The notes: generated by a model from the letters alone, not told the origin. A stretch of 59,658 nt of DNA from an uncultured Rhodospirillaceae bacterium (GCA_964620095.1 CAZUGT010000084.1:1-59658), one strand, 5' to 3'. Numbered from the stretch's first letter, positions 17,402 through 26,945 are shown. Numbers and translations are program-made.

Positions 17402-18300
17402 GCCGCCGACGCCGCGTCGACATCGGACTTGCCGACCAGCTTGTCGTAATCGGCCATCAGGGTCCGGGTGATCTCGCCAACGGTAAAGGTGTGGTCATCG
17501 ATGGCCCCGACGGGCGTCACCTCGGCGGCGGTGCCGGTCACGAACACTTCCTCGGCGGCGCCGATTTCGTCGGGCATGATGCGCCGCTCGATGATTTCAT
17601 AGCCCCGCTTTTTCGCCAGTTCGATGACCGAGCGGCGGGTGATGCCGTCGAGGAAACAGTCCGGCGTCGGCGTATGGATTTTGCCGTCCTCCATGACGAA
17701 GAAGATGTTGGCGCCGGTGCATTCGGCGATGCGCCCCTGCCAATCGAGCATCAGGGCGTCGTCGTAGCCTTCGGCTTCGGCCGCGTGCTTCGACATGGTG
17801 CATATCATGTAGAGCCCGGCCGCCTTGGCGTGCACCGGGGCCGTATCGGGCGCCGGACGCCGCCATTCGGTGGTCTTCAGCCGGATACCCTTCATCCGCG
17901 CCTCGGGCGAGAAATAGGATGGCCAGTCCCACACCGCGATCGCCAGGTGGATTTTGGTTTCCTGCGCCGAGACACCCATCATCTCGCTGCCGCGCCACGC
18001 AACCGGCCGCACGTAGCCGTCGACGATATCGTTGGCCTCGCAACACTGGATGCAGGCGACGTTGATCTCTTCGACCGAGTACGGGATCTCAAAACCCAAT
18101 ATGCGGCCCGAATTGATCAGCCGTTCCGTATGCTCGGTGAGTTTGAAGATTTTGCCGCCGTAAACCCGGTCTCCCTCGAAAACGCTGGAGGCGTAATGAA
18201 GGGCATGTGAGAGAATGTGGATATTGGCGGTTCGCCATTCCACCATTTCGCCGTCGTACCAGATGAGGCCGTCGCGGTCGTCAAACGTAGGGCCAGCCAT
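17398..18300 (-). CDS. ilvE: Branched-chain-amino-acid aminotransferase
   Basis: 300 aa. MAGPTFDDRDGLIWYDGEMVEWRTANIHILSHALHYASSVFEGDRVY is a class IV aminotransferase pattern. The stop TAG sits in the right-hand CTAG of the MITE-like element. Confidence 0.9.
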   Translation of the reverse strand: MAGPTFDDRDGLIWYDGEMVEWRTANIHILSHALHYASSVFEGDRVYGGKIFKLTEHTERLINSGRILGFEIPYSVEEINVACIQCCEANDIVDGYVRPVAWRGSEMMGVSAQETKIHLAIAVWDWPSYFSPEARMKGIRLKTTEWRRPAPDTAPVHAKAAGLYMICTMSKHAAEAEGYDDALMLDWQGRIAECTGANIFFVMEDGKIHTPTPDCFLDGITRRSVIELAKKRGYEIIERRIMPDEIGAAEEVFVTGTAAEVTPVGAIDDHTFTVGEITRTLMADYDKLVGKSDVDAASAA

Positions 18301-18328
18301 GAAATTATCTTTCTAACTCAACTTGATC

Positions 18329-18391
18329 CCAGAAATCATATTGCGTTTTTTATCAATTTCTGGCATATATGTCAATAACACTGACATATAT
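18329..18391. promoter_or_regulatory. Two inverted repeats in the ilvE/marR divergent region (putative MarR operators)
   Basis: CCAGAAAT (18329-18336) pairs with ATTTCTGG (18356-18363). Perfect 10-bp arms ATATATGTCA (18365-18374) and TGACATATAT (18382-18391) are separated by 7 bp. Confidence 0.5.
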
Positions 18392-18431
18392 TTCCGGCTC
18401 CAATTGGACCGGACGGTTTCATAGGCGCCCC

Positions 18432-18917
18432 ATGGATACTCCGCTCACCGATCAACCGGACGACGCCCGGCCCGACGCCGAGGAGGAGTTGCGGGCGGGC
18501 ATGGAGCACCTGTTCTTCGCCTACCGCGATTTCATCGCCCGGCCGGACCGGATCCTGACCGAGTACGGTTTCGGGCGCGCCCATCACCGGGTCATTTTCT
18601 TCGTCGGCCGGTACCCGGGCATGGCCGTGCGCCAATTGCTCGAAATTCTCCAGATCACCAAGCAGAGCCTGTCGCGGGTGCTGCGTCAGCTGATTCGGGA
18701 AGGATATGTGGAACAGCGCCAGGGCGAGACCGACCGCCGGCAACGCCGTCTCTACCTGACCAAGCAGGGGACCGAACTCGAGCGCCGCCTGTCGGAGGAC
18801 CAGCGGCAACGCTTCGCGCGCGCCTACGGCACCGCGGGACCGGACGCGGTTCGCGGATTTCGCGCCGTTCTCGACCTGATGATCTCCGGGCCGCCGAAGG
18901 GAGGGGGCGGAGGCTAG
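18432..18917 (+). CDS. MarR-family transcriptional regulator
   Basis: ORF 18369..18917. Winged-helix segment MAVRQLLEILQITKQSLSRVLRQLIREGYVEQRQGETDRRQRRLYLTKQG. Start set at MDTPL (18432) because the ATG at 18369 lies inside the 27-bp palindrome. Confidence 0.8.
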   Translation: MDTPLTDQPDDARPDAEEELRAGMEHLFFAYRDFIARPDRILTEYGFGRAHHRVIFFVGRYPGMAVRQLLEILQITKQSLSRVLRQLIREGYVEQRQGETDRRQRRLYLTKQGTELERRLSEDQRQRFARAYGTAGPDAVRGFRAVLDLMISGPPKGGGGG

Positions 18918-19000
18918 ATGAGGGACCTTTCTCCGGGTTTCCCATGCCGAGCCGGAGACCGCCTGTGAGTCCGATCAACGGGGATGGGTTATAGTGAGCC

Positions 19001-19684
19001 ATGGGCCTCGACAATAATCATATTTTGGTCGTCGATGACGACAACCGGCTCAGGGAATTGCTTCACCAGTACCTGAGTGATGCGGGGTTCCGCGTGACGG
19101 CGGCCGAGAGTGCCGAAGACGCCCGGCAAAAGATGGAAAGCCTCGCCTTCGACCTTGTCGTGCTCGATTGGATGATGCCCGGCGAGGACGGAATCGATTT
19201 TGCCGCTTCGCTGCGCGAGCTGGGACGCACACCGATCCTGATGTTGACGGCGCGCGGCGAGGCGGATGACCGGATTGCGGGCCTTGAAGCGGGAGTCGAC
19301 GACTATCTCGCCAAGCCCTTCGAGCCGCGGGAACTGGTGCTGAGAATCGAGAGCATCCTGCGCCGCTTTCCCGCCGATACCGAGGTGCCGACGGAAACCC
19401 GGATGGGCGATGTGGTGTTCGATCATCGCCGCGAGGAGCTTCGGCGCGGCACGTCGGCGATCCACCTTACGGCCTCGGAGGGCAGGCTGCTCAAGGCCCT
19501 GGCGGAGAATCCCGGATCGGTCTTCAGCCGCGCCGAACTGGCCAAACGGTTCACCCCGGGCGGCGGCGACCGGGCCATCGACGTCCAGGTCAATCGGCTG
19601 AGACGCAAAATCGAGCCGGAGCCCAGGACCCCAAGGTATCTTCAAACCGTTCGCGGAAAAGGGTATGTTTTGCGCCCCGATTGA
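19001..19684 (+). CDS. OmpR-family two-component response regulator
   Basis: 227 aa. Receiver domain (ILVVDDD...DLVVLDWMMPGEDG...LTARGE...KPF) plus a winged-helix C-terminus (RYLQTVRGKGYVL). Confidence 0.9.
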   Translation: MGLDNNHILVVDDDNRLRELLHQYLSDAGFRVTAAESAEDARQKMESLAFDLVVLDWMMPGEDGIDFAASLRELGRTPILMLTARGEADDRIAGLEAGVDDYLAKPFEPRELVLRIESILRRFPADTEVPTETRMGDVVFDHRREELRRGTSAIHLTASEGRLLKALAENPGSVFSRAELAKRFTPGGGDRAIDVQVNRLRRKIEPEPRTPRYLQTVRGKGYVLRPD

Positions 19685-19711
19685 AGCGGCGACGCTTAGG
19701 AGAGGCCAAAC

Positions 19712-21019
19712 GTGATCAAGCGGTTTCTGCCTCGAAGCCTGCTCGGCAGATCGGTGCTCATCATCGTGACGCCCCTGATTTTGCTGCAGGTCGTCTCGGC
19801 GGCGATATTCTGGGAGAGCCACTGGGACAAGGTGAGTGTGCGCCTTGCGCGTAACCTTGCCGGCGATATCAGCGCGCTGATTTTGCTGCTGCGGGAACTG
19901 GATGCACAGCCGGACCGAAACTACACCGTCGGCATGGCGGCCCGAACCATGGACCTGAACATCAACATGCGGCCCGGCGGAATTCTCGCCAATGCGCCGG
20001 CCAAAGCATCCAGCGGCTTTATCGAAAGCGTGTTTTTCGAGGCTTTGGATGAAGTGGTGAAGAAGCCGTTCGTCATCGACATGGAAGCCGTCGACCGCCA
20101 TGTCCTGGTTTCCATCCAACTCCAGGACGGAGTTCTGGACATCGTCGCCAGCCGCAAGCGGCTGTTTAGCTCGACAACCTATGTCTTCGTCATGTGGATG
20201 GTGGGGACGTCGCTGATCCTGTTCGCCGTCGCCATCATGTTCATGCGCAATCAGGTGCGGCCGATCCGGCGCCTGGCGACCGCCGCGGATAGCTTCGGCA
20301 AGGGCCGGGACGCCCCGAACTTCAAGCCCGAGGGCGCCGCCGAGGTGCGCCGCGCGGCGTCGGCGTTCATCGCCATGCGGGACCGGATTCAGCGCAATAT
20401 CGCGCAGCGGACGGATATGTTGTCCGGCGTATCACACGATCTCCGGACGCCGTTGACACGGATGAAGCTGCAATTGGCGATGCTCAAGGACAGCCAGGCG
20501 GCGGCGGACCTCAAGGAGGACGTCGCCGAGATGGAGCATATGCTGGAGGGCTACCTTGCCTTTGCCCGCGGCGAGGGTGACGAAGCCCCGGAACTTACCG
20601 ACATCGGCGGCATGCTCGACGAGGTGGTCGGGCAATCCCGGCGCAAAGGCGCCGCCGTCGACCTCCATACCGAAGGCGATATACAGGTCGCGGTGCGGCC
20701 GAACGCGTTCAAGCGCTGCGTCACGAACCTGGTCGAAAACGCCGGCCGCTACGGCGAGCACGTCTCGGTGCGGGCGGGCCAGCGCGGCGAGACCATCGAG
20801 ATCACCATCGACGACGACGGACCCGGCATTCCCGAGGATCAGCGGAGCGACGCGTTCAAGCCGTTCTTCCGGCTCGACAATTCGCGGAATATCGATACGG
20901 GCGGCGTCGGGCTGGGGTTGTCGATCGCCCGGGACGTGATCCGCGGGCACGGCGGCGATATCGATCTCGATCAGTCGCCCTCGGGCGGTCTGCGCGCCCG
21001 GGTCATTCTGCCGATCTGA
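19712..21019 (+). CDS. EnvZ-like sensor histidine kinase (2 TM, HAMP, HisKA, HATPase_c)
   Basis: 435 aa with a GTG start. H-box MLSGVSHDLRTPLTR, N-box NLVENAGRY, and G-boxes DDDGPGIP and GGVGLGLSIA. Confidence 0.9.
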   Translation: MIKRFLPRSLLGRSVLIIVTPLILLQVVSAAIFWESHWDKVSVRLARNLAGDISALILLLRELDAQPDRNYTVGMAARTMDLNINMRPGGILANAPAKASSGFIESVFFEALDEVVKKPFVIDMEAVDRHVLVSIQLQDGVLDIVASRKRLFSSTTYVFVMWMVGTSLILFAVAIMFMRNQVRPIRRLATAADSFGKGRDAPNFKPEGAAEVRRAASAFIAMRDRIQRNIAQRTDMLSGVSHDLRTPLTRMKLQLAMLKDSQAAADLKEDVAEMEHMLEGYLAFARGEGDEAPELTDIGGMLDEVVGQSRRKGAAVDLHTEGDIQVAVRPNAFKRCVTNLVENAGRYGEHVSVRAGQRGETIEITIDDDGPGIPEDQRSDAFKPFFRLDNSRNIDTGGVGLGLSIARDVIRGHGGDIDLDQSPSGGLRARVILPI

Positions 21020-21028
21020 ATTCTCAAA

Positions 21029-21370
21029 TTAGAAGAGCCGGCCCCCGAGCGGGACCTCATGGTCGGCGCCGATCAGCACCACTTCGCCCTCTTCGTCCGG
21101 AACCCCCAGGACCAGGCATTGCGACATCATCGGCCCGATCTGCTTGGGGGGAAAATTGACCACCGCCAGGACCATCCGCCCGATCAGCTGCCCGGGCTCG
21201 TAATACTTGGTGATCTGCGCCGACGATTTCCGGGTGCCGATCCCAGGACCGAAATCGAGTTCCAGTATGATGGCCGGCTTGCGCGCCTCGGGGAACGGCT
21301 GAGCGTCGATCACCTTGCCGATGCGGATATCGACTTTCAGGAAATCGTCGTAGGCGATGTGATCGGACAT
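21029..21370 (-). CDS. tRNA-binding domain protein (CsaA/YgjH-like)
   Basis: Start MSDHIAYDDFLKVDIRIGKVIDAQPFPEARKPAIILELDFG within ORF 21029..21460, an OB-fold tRNA-binding motif. Confidence 0.8.
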   Translation of the reverse strand: MSDHIAYDDFLKVDIRIGKVIDAQPFPEARKPAIILELDFGPGIGTRKSSAQITKYYEPGQLIGRMVLAVVNFPPKQIGPMMSQCLVLGVPDEEGEVVLIGADHEVPLGGRLF

Positions 21371-21383
21371 GCCGCCGGCGCGC

Positions 21384-22001
21384 TCAGCTCTCCTGGGCGG
21401 CGTTGGCGCCGGGCCGCCGGAACGGTCCCTTTTCGAGCATGTCGGCCCACCGGCCGGCACGCCGGAGATTCCTGTCCAGCGCCGCCATGGTCGGGGCGAG
21501 ATCGTCCGTCTCGTCGGTCATCCAGATGCGCGCCGTCGCCAGGTAGACCCCGATCAGCCCGTTGACCTTGAGCCGCCCAAGGCGGTCTCCCGTATTCACC
21601 GGCGCCGCATCGAGGGCCATCCGCATGGAACCCGCGAGGCCGCAGGCGCCCGCCAGCGTCGCCTTGGGGTCGATGCCGACGGTCCCGCGCAGCATGGAGA
21701 GAACGGCTGCCTTGTTGGGTTGCATCGCATCGAACCGGGCCATCAGAAGCCCGAAGAGCCGGTCGCGAACCGTCTCTTCGGGGTCCGGCTTTCCCGCCGA
21801 TTTGACCATGGCCTCGTCGATCGTCGAATTGATTCCGGCGAGAATTGCCGATTTCGACCGGAACTCCCTGGTGAGGGTATCCATTTTGACATTGGCTTCA
21901 TCGGCAATGTCGTCCATGCCGACGTCCCGCCAAGGCTTGTCCGCCGCCAGCTTGAGCGCCGCCGTGATGATCCTGTTTCGGGGTGACGGCCGTTTCGCCA
22001 T
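21384..22001 (-). CDS. TetR/AcrR-family transcriptional regulator
   Basis: Start MAKRPSPRNRIITAALKLAADKPWRDVGMDDIADEANVKMDTLTREFRSK (TetR N-terminal HTH) within ORF 21384..22061. Confidence 0.65.
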   Translation of the reverse strand: MAKRPSPRNRIITAALKLAADKPWRDVGMDDIADEANVKMDTLTREFRSKSAILAGINSTIDEAMVKSAGKPDPEETVRDRLFGLLMARFDAMQPNKAAVLSMLRGTVGIDPKATLAGACGLAGSMRMALDAAPVNTGDRLGRLKVNGLIGVYLATARIWMTDETDDLAPTMAALDRNLRRAGRWADMLEKGPFRRPGANAAQES

Positions 22002-22187
22002 TTTTCCGAACCCTGTTGCCGTTGTGACGGCCCACTCTATCGCGTATTCCGGGGGACACAAAGCGCTGCCATGACCGGATCGGCCGGACGCGCGGATTGC
22101 CTCAGTTTTTTATGGGGTTGGCGGCGGAACGGCGATATGATCCACGGCTTGAGGAGGCGGGCCCGTTTGACGGTCCGGTATCAGGTC

Positions 22188-23039
22188 ATGACGCGTGATC
22201 GCCGATCCCTGCTGACTGCCGAGCGCGCCACCGCGCCGCTGGAACGCGAAGAGGAGCGCCGCCTCGCACGCCTGGCCGGCGAGGGGGATTCGGATGCCAT
22301 CGACCGGCTGATTACCAGCCATGTCCGCTTCGTCGCCAAGATCGCCGCCAATTACCGGCAATCCGGGGTTCCCATGCCCGATCTGGTGCAGGAGGGCATG
22401 GTCGGCCTGATCCAGGCGGTGAACCGGTTCAACCCGGACAGGGACGTCCGGCTTTCGACTTATGCGGCGTGGTGGATTCGCGCCGCGATCCAGGATCACG
22501 TGGTGCGTTCCTGGTCGCTGGTGCGGCTCGGCACGACCTCGGCCCAGAAGTCGCTTTTCCTGAACCTGCGCCGCATGACGTCGGACCTGATCGGCGGCGC
22601 GGACGCCCTTGGCGAGGACATCGTGAACAAGCTCGCCGAACGCTTCGAGACCACCGCCGCCGAGGTGCGCGGGCTTGCCCGCCGGGTCGCCCAGCGGGAT
22701 CAGTCGCTCGACGGCAGGACGGTTGACGAGACCGGGCGTTCGTGGCTCGACGCGCTGGTGTCCCCCGAAGCGTCGGCCGAAGACCGGCTGGCCGAGGAGG
22801 GCGAAGCAAGGACGCTCAACGATCTGCTGGCCAAGGCGCTTGAAATGCTGCCCGACCGGGAGCGGCTCATTATCCGCCGCCGCTACCTGGACGAGGCGCG
22901 CCACACCCTCGCCCAGCTGGGCAAGGAACTGAACCTCTCCAAGGACAGGGTCCGGCAACTGGAGGCCAAGGGTTTGGAGATGCTGCGCGAGTTTCTGGAA
23001 CCGGCCATCGCCGAGGCCAACGTCCGGCTCCCCAAATAG
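22188..23039 (+). CDS. rpoH: RNA polymerase sigma-32 heat-shock factor
   Basis: Start MTRDRRS within ORF 22071..23039. Sigma-70 regions 2-4 plus an RpoH-box-like AQKSLFLNLRRM. Confidence 0.9.
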   Translation: MTRDRRSLLTAERATAPLEREEERRLARLAGEGDSDAIDRLITSHVRFVAKIAANYRQSGVPMPDLVQEGMVGLIQAVNRFNPDRDVRLSTYAAWWIRAAIQDHVVRSWSLVRLGTTSAQKSLFLNLRRMTSDLIGGADALGEDIVNKLAERFETTAAEVRGLARRVAQRDQSLDGRTVDETGRSWLDALVSPEASAEDRLAEEGEARTLNDLLAKALEMLPDRERLIIRRRYLDEARHTLAQLGKELNLSKDRVRQLEAKGLEMLREFLEPAIAEANVRLPK

Positions 23040-23042
23040 CGT

Positions 23043-23840
23043 TTACCCTGCGAGTTCCCGGGAGCGCTCCGTCGCCCGCCGGATCGCTTCGGTGAGCAGC
23101 CGCTGCAGGCCGTCACCGGCCATCAGGGCGCCGAGGGCCGCTTCGGTGGTGCCGCCCGGGCTGGTCACGTTCTCGCGCAAGGTTGCCGCCGGGGTGTCCG
23201 TCCGGTGCAGCATTTCGCCCGCCCCGGCCACCGTCGCCCGGGCGAGCCGCTGCGCCAGGTCGCCCGGGAGGCCGGCCGCCACGCCCGCCTCGGCCAGGCA
23301 TTCGGCGAGCAGGAAGATATAGGCGGGTCCGCTGCCGGAGACGGCGGTCACCGGGTCCAGGAGCGACTCGTCCTCGACCCAGGCCACTTCGCCGACGGCG
23401 GACATGAGCCTTCCGGCCGTCTCGCGCGCCTTGGCCGATGTCCGTTCGTTGGCGCAGAGCACCGAGATGCCGCGCCCGATTGCGGCCGGGGTGTTGGGCA
23501 TGGCCCTGATGACCGCCGGCGATCCGCCGATCAGGCCGCTCAGTTTGCCGATCGTCGTTCCCGCGACGATGGAGAGCGTGGCGGCGTCGGCGGCGAGGTC
23601 CGAGAACGCCGGCACCACCTCTTCGATTCCCTGTGGTTTCACCGCGACGACGATCATGTCGGGCTTGAACGCGTCGGGTATTTCCTCGGCCGAGCCGACG
23701 ATTTCCGGCCCGAGCGCGGCGGCGGCCGCCGCCGGCGCCGGGTCGACGCCGAGGACATCACCCGGACTCACACCGGTATCGAGCCAGCCGGCCAGCAGCG
23801 CGCCGCCCATGTTCCCGCAGCCGACGAGGAGAAGTTTCAT
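23043..23840 (-). CDS. proC: Pyrroline-5-carboxylate reductase
   Basis: 265 aa. MKLLLVGCGNMGGALLAGW (Rossmann fold)...RAMPNTPAAIG...VTSPGGTTEAAL. Confidence 0.9.
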   Translation of the reverse strand: MKLLLVGCGNMGGALLAGWLDTGVSPGDVLGVDPAPAAAAAALGPEIVGSAEEIPDAFKPDMIVVAVKPQGIEEVVPAFSDLAADAATLSIVAGTTIGKLSGLIGGSPAVIRAMPNTPAAIGRGISVLCANERTSAKARETAGRLMSAVGEVAWVEDESLLDPVTAVSGSGPAYIFLLAECLAEAGVAAGLPGDLAQRLARATVAGAGEMLHRTDTPAATLRENVTSPGGTTEAALGALMAGDGLQRLLTEAIRRATERSRELAG

Positions 23841-23867
23841 GGCTTCATAATTCCCGGAAGGCGCCGC

Positions 23868-24368
23868 CTAGGCCTCTCCCATGGGCTCGATCATCGATGC
23901 CTCGATGGCCTCGTCGGCCGGCTTGCCGCCCCAGATGACGTACTGGAAGGCGGGATAGAACCGCTCGCACTCGAAGACCGCCACGTCGAGCAGATCCTCG
24001 ATCTGCTGCGAGGAGATCCCGCTGCCCCGGAGCGGCACCGCGTGCCGGTACATGGGCATGCCCTCGTTGTTCCAAAGTCCGAAATGTCCCAGCCAAAGGC
24101 GGTCGTTGACCAGGGCCAGGAGACGGTGAACCGAAGACTTGCGCGTCTCGGGCACCCGCATATCGAAGGCACAGGTGAAGTGGATGGCGTCGATCTCGGT
24201 CGACCAGGCGAAATGAACGCCGTAGTCGCACCATTTTCCGCGGTACTCCGCCGACACTTCGTCATCACAGCTGCGGTCAAAACGCCAGTTCTGCTCCTGC
24301 ATCACGTGCTCGACGATGTCCAGCGGATGAGAAGAGTATGTGGTTGTCTGTAGATCCAAATGTGCCAT
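23868..24368 (-). CDS. YbjN-domain protein
   Basis: Start MAHLDLQTTTYSSHPLDIVEHVM within ORF 23868..24431. About 166 aa. Resembles YbjN-family proteins, which I recall often sit beside proC. Family assignment is from memory. Confidence 0.65.
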   Translation of the reverse strand: MAHLDLQTTTYSSHPLDIVEHVMQEQNWRFDRSCDDEVSAEYRGKWCDYGVHFAWSTEIDAIHFTCAFDMRVPETRKSSVHRLLALVNDRLWLGHFGLWNNEGMPMYRHAVPLRGSGISSQQIEDLLDVAVFECERFYPAFQYVIWGGKPADEAIEASMIEPMGEA

Positions 24369-24582
24369 GGCGGAAGCCTTCCGGGAGCGGTGGCGCCTGC
24401 TGTTTCGAAGGACAGGCGAAACAGCCCCCATATATATGGTTATTACCTACATATAGGGGATAGGTGGCATCTATCCTACAAAGTCTAGCCTGCCAGAAGG
24501 AATTCCGGCGCGCAACAAGAACCTCCGCGGGAGGCGGCGAAATCTGTGGATAAATGACGCGGCGGACGATCCGGGCGCCCGT

Positions 24583-24618
24583 CCGGCTATTTCCTGGCGC
24601 CCGGCTATTTCCTGGCGC
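24583..24618. repeat. Perfect 18-bp tandem duplication CCGGCTATTTCCTGGCGC x2 covering the ubiK-like stop codon
   Basis: Read directly: copies at 24583-24600 and 24601-24618. Confidence 0.9.
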
Positions 24619-24952
24619 TCGCGGTCTTCCGTTTGGCGGCGGATTTCGCGGTCGTTTTCGGGGCCGATTTCGAGGATCCGCGTTTGGCCGCCGGTTTCGC
24701 CGCCGGCCTTGCGGCCCCCGCTTCCAGTTCGGCGACACGCTTTTCCAACTTTTCCTGTTCAGCCCGGGCCTTGGATGCCACGGCCATGACCGCGTCGAAT
24801 TCGTCCCGGGTGACCAGGTTCAGTTCGGACAGCACGGCTTCTATTCTCTGCCGAACCACGGTTTCCACCTCATCCCGGATGCCGGCCACGGTCCCCGCCG
24901 CGCCGCCTGCCACGCGGGCGAGGTCGTCGAGAAGTCTGTTGCGACTTTGCAT
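24605..24952 (-). CDS. ubiK: UbiK/YqiC-family accessory factor (coiled-coil) with Ala/Lys-rich tail
   Basis: Start MQSRNRLLDDLARVAGGAAGTVAGIRDEVETVVRQRIEAVLSELNLVTRDEFDAV within ORF 24605..25066, which is the typical UbiK pattern. Confidence 0.7.
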   Translation of the reverse strand: MQSRNRLLDDLARVAGGAAGTVAGIRDEVETVVRQRIEAVLSELNLVTRDEFDAVMAVASKARAEQEKLEKRVAELEAGAARPAAKPAAKRGSSKSAPKTTAKSAAKRKTASARK

Positions 24953-25094
24953 ATCCGCCGCTCTCCATCTTGATTGTCTGCCTGCTTGCCGGGCCATTAT
25001 GCGAACTTTGGCCCGCCCGGCAATAGAACCCCCGGCACGTATCCCCGCCCGGCGTCTTGCGGCCAAATTGCGGGCGACCTATAACGCGGCTCAC

Positions 25095-26096
25095 ATGTCC
25101 GAGTCTTCGCCTACCTATCTCGTCACCGGCGGCGCCGGGTTTATCGGCTCCAATCTGGTCGCGGCGCTTGCCGAACGGCAGGCGCGGATCGTCGTTTGCG
25201 ATTACGACGACGATGCCGGCCGGCGGCGCAACCTGGCCAAGCGCGAACTCGCGGACTGGATCACGCCGCCCAACCTGTTCGCGTATCTCCGCGACCGAGG
25301 GAATTCCATCGACGGCGTATTTCACCTGGGCGCCGTTTCGTCGACCACGGCCACCGATTGGGAGTTGGTCGTGCACCAGAATTACGGTGTCCCGCTCCGG
25401 CTTTGGGATTGGTGCGCCGGCAGAAACGTCCCGCTGATCTACGCCTCGTCGGCGGCGACCTATGGCGGCGGCGAGGCCGGGTTCGACGATGACGGAAGCG
25501 CCGACGGCCTCGCCAAGCTGACGCCGCTCAACCCCTATGGCTGGAGCAAGCACATATTCGACCGCAAGGTTGCGGAGATGGTCGGCAACGGAGAGCCCGC
25601 GCCCGGCCAATGGGCGGGGCTCAAGTTCTTCAATGTCTACGGACCCAACGAGTACCACAAGGGCGGCCAGCGCAGCGTCGTGCCCCAGATCTACGGGCAG
25701 ATCGCTGGCGGCGGGCCGGCGCGGCTGTTCAAGTCGCACCACCCGGACTATGCCGACGGCGGCCAGCGCCGGGACTTCATCTGGGTCGAGGACTGTGTCG
25801 ACGTGATGCTTTGGCTGCTGGATCATCCGGCGGTCAACGGCCTGTTCAATTGCGGCACCGGCCGGGCCCGGAGTTTCGAGGACGTCGCCCTCGCCGTCTT
25901 CAAGGCGTTGGGAAAGAACGCCGACATCGAGTACGTGCCGACGCCCGAGAACATCCGGGACAAATATCAGTATTTCACCGAAGCACGGATGGAGCGCCTG
26001 TTGGCGGCGGGCTACGACAAGACGTTCACGACGCTCGAGGACGGTGTCCGGCAGTACGTCCGGGACTACCTTGCTCAAGACGATCCGTTCAAATGA
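25095..26096 (+). CDS. hldD: ADP-L-glycero-D-manno-heptose 6-epimerase
   Basis: Start MSESSPTYLVTGGAGFIGSNL inside the shadow-extended ORF 24633..26096. Contains ASSAATYG, NPYGWSK and FFNVYGPNEYHKG. Confidence 0.9.
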   Translation: MSESSPTYLVTGGAGFIGSNLVAALAERQARIVVCDYDDDAGRRRNLAKRELADWITPPNLFAYLRDRGNSIDGVFHLGAVSSTTATDWELVVHQNYGVPLRLWDWCAGRNVPLIYASSAATYGGGEAGFDDDGSADGLAKLTPLNPYGWSKHIFDRKVAEMVGNGEPAPGQWAGLKFFNVYGPNEYHKGGQRSVVPQIYGQIAGGGPARLFKSHHPDYADGGQRRDFIWVEDCVDVMLWLLDHPAVNGLFNCGTGRARSFEDVALAVFKALGKNADIEYVPTPENIRDKYQYFTEARMERLLAAGYDKTFTTLEDGVRQYVRDYLAQDDPFK

Positions 26097-26138
26097 TCCC
26101 GATTTGGCTTTGCTCCTTCACCGGCCTGGAACCCCCGC

Positions 26139-26945
26139 ATGTTTGCCATTCCCTTCCCCGCCATTGACCCCGTGATCGTCGACTTCGGGCCGCTCATCGG
26201 CCTGCCGTTGGCCATCCGCTGGTATTCGGTCATGTGGCTCGGCGGCTGTGTGCTCGCCTGGCTGTATGTCCGCTGGTTCATTGCCCGGCCGCCCCATGCC
26301 ATGAGCGATCGGGATGCGTCCGATTTGCTGTTCTGGGCCATTCTGGCGACCGTGATCGGCGGACGGCTCGGCTATGTGGTGTTCTACATGCCCGGGCTGA
26401 TGCTCGACGACCCGCTCAGCCTGTTTGCCATTTGGCAAGGCGGCATGTCGTTTCACGGCGGCCTGATCGGCATGATCGCGGCCATGATCCTGTTCGCCCG
26501 GAAGCGCAACCTGGATTTGTGGGCGATGAGCGACGCGGTCGCCTGCGCCGCGCCCATCGGCCTGTTTCTGGTCCGCATCGCCAATTTCATCAATGGCGAG
26601 CTCTATGGACGGGTTACCGACGTGCCGTGGGGCATGGTGTTTCCCGCCGCCGGCGGCCTGCCGCGCCATCCGAGCCAGCTCTACGAGGCCCTGCTCGAGG
26701 GTTTGGTGCTTTTCCTGATCCTGTTCGCGGCCTCCCGCTCCCGGCGCATCCGGAGGAAAACCGGCATGCTGGCCGGCATCTTCTTCATCGGTTACGCCTC
26801 GGCCCGCGGCCTGGTCGAACTGGTCCGCGAGCCCGACGCCCATCTCGGTCTCCTGCTGGGCGGCGCGACAATGGGCCAGCTTCTCTCCATCCCCGTGTTA
26901 CTGTTGGGCGTATATCTGGTGATCCGCGCTCAAAGGGCCGCGTGA
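26139..26945 (+). CDS. lgt: Prolipoprotein diacylglyceryl transferase
   Basis: 268 aa. Contains IRWYSVMW, GGRLGYV, GGMSFHGGLIG and HPSQLYEALLEG. Confidence 0.9.
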   Translation: MFAIPFPAIDPVIVDFGPLIGLPLAIRWYSVMWLGGCVLAWLYVRWFIARPPHAMSDRDASDLLFWAILATVIGGRLGYVVFYMPGLMLDDPLSLFAIWQGGMSFHGGLIGMIAAMILFARKRNLDLWAMSDAVACAAPIGLFLVRIANFINGELYGRVTDVPWGMVFPAAGGLPRHPSQLYEALLEGLVLFLILFAASRSRRIRRKTGMLAGIFFIGYASARGLVELVREPDAHLGLLLGGATMGQLLSIPVLLLGVYLVIRAQRAA

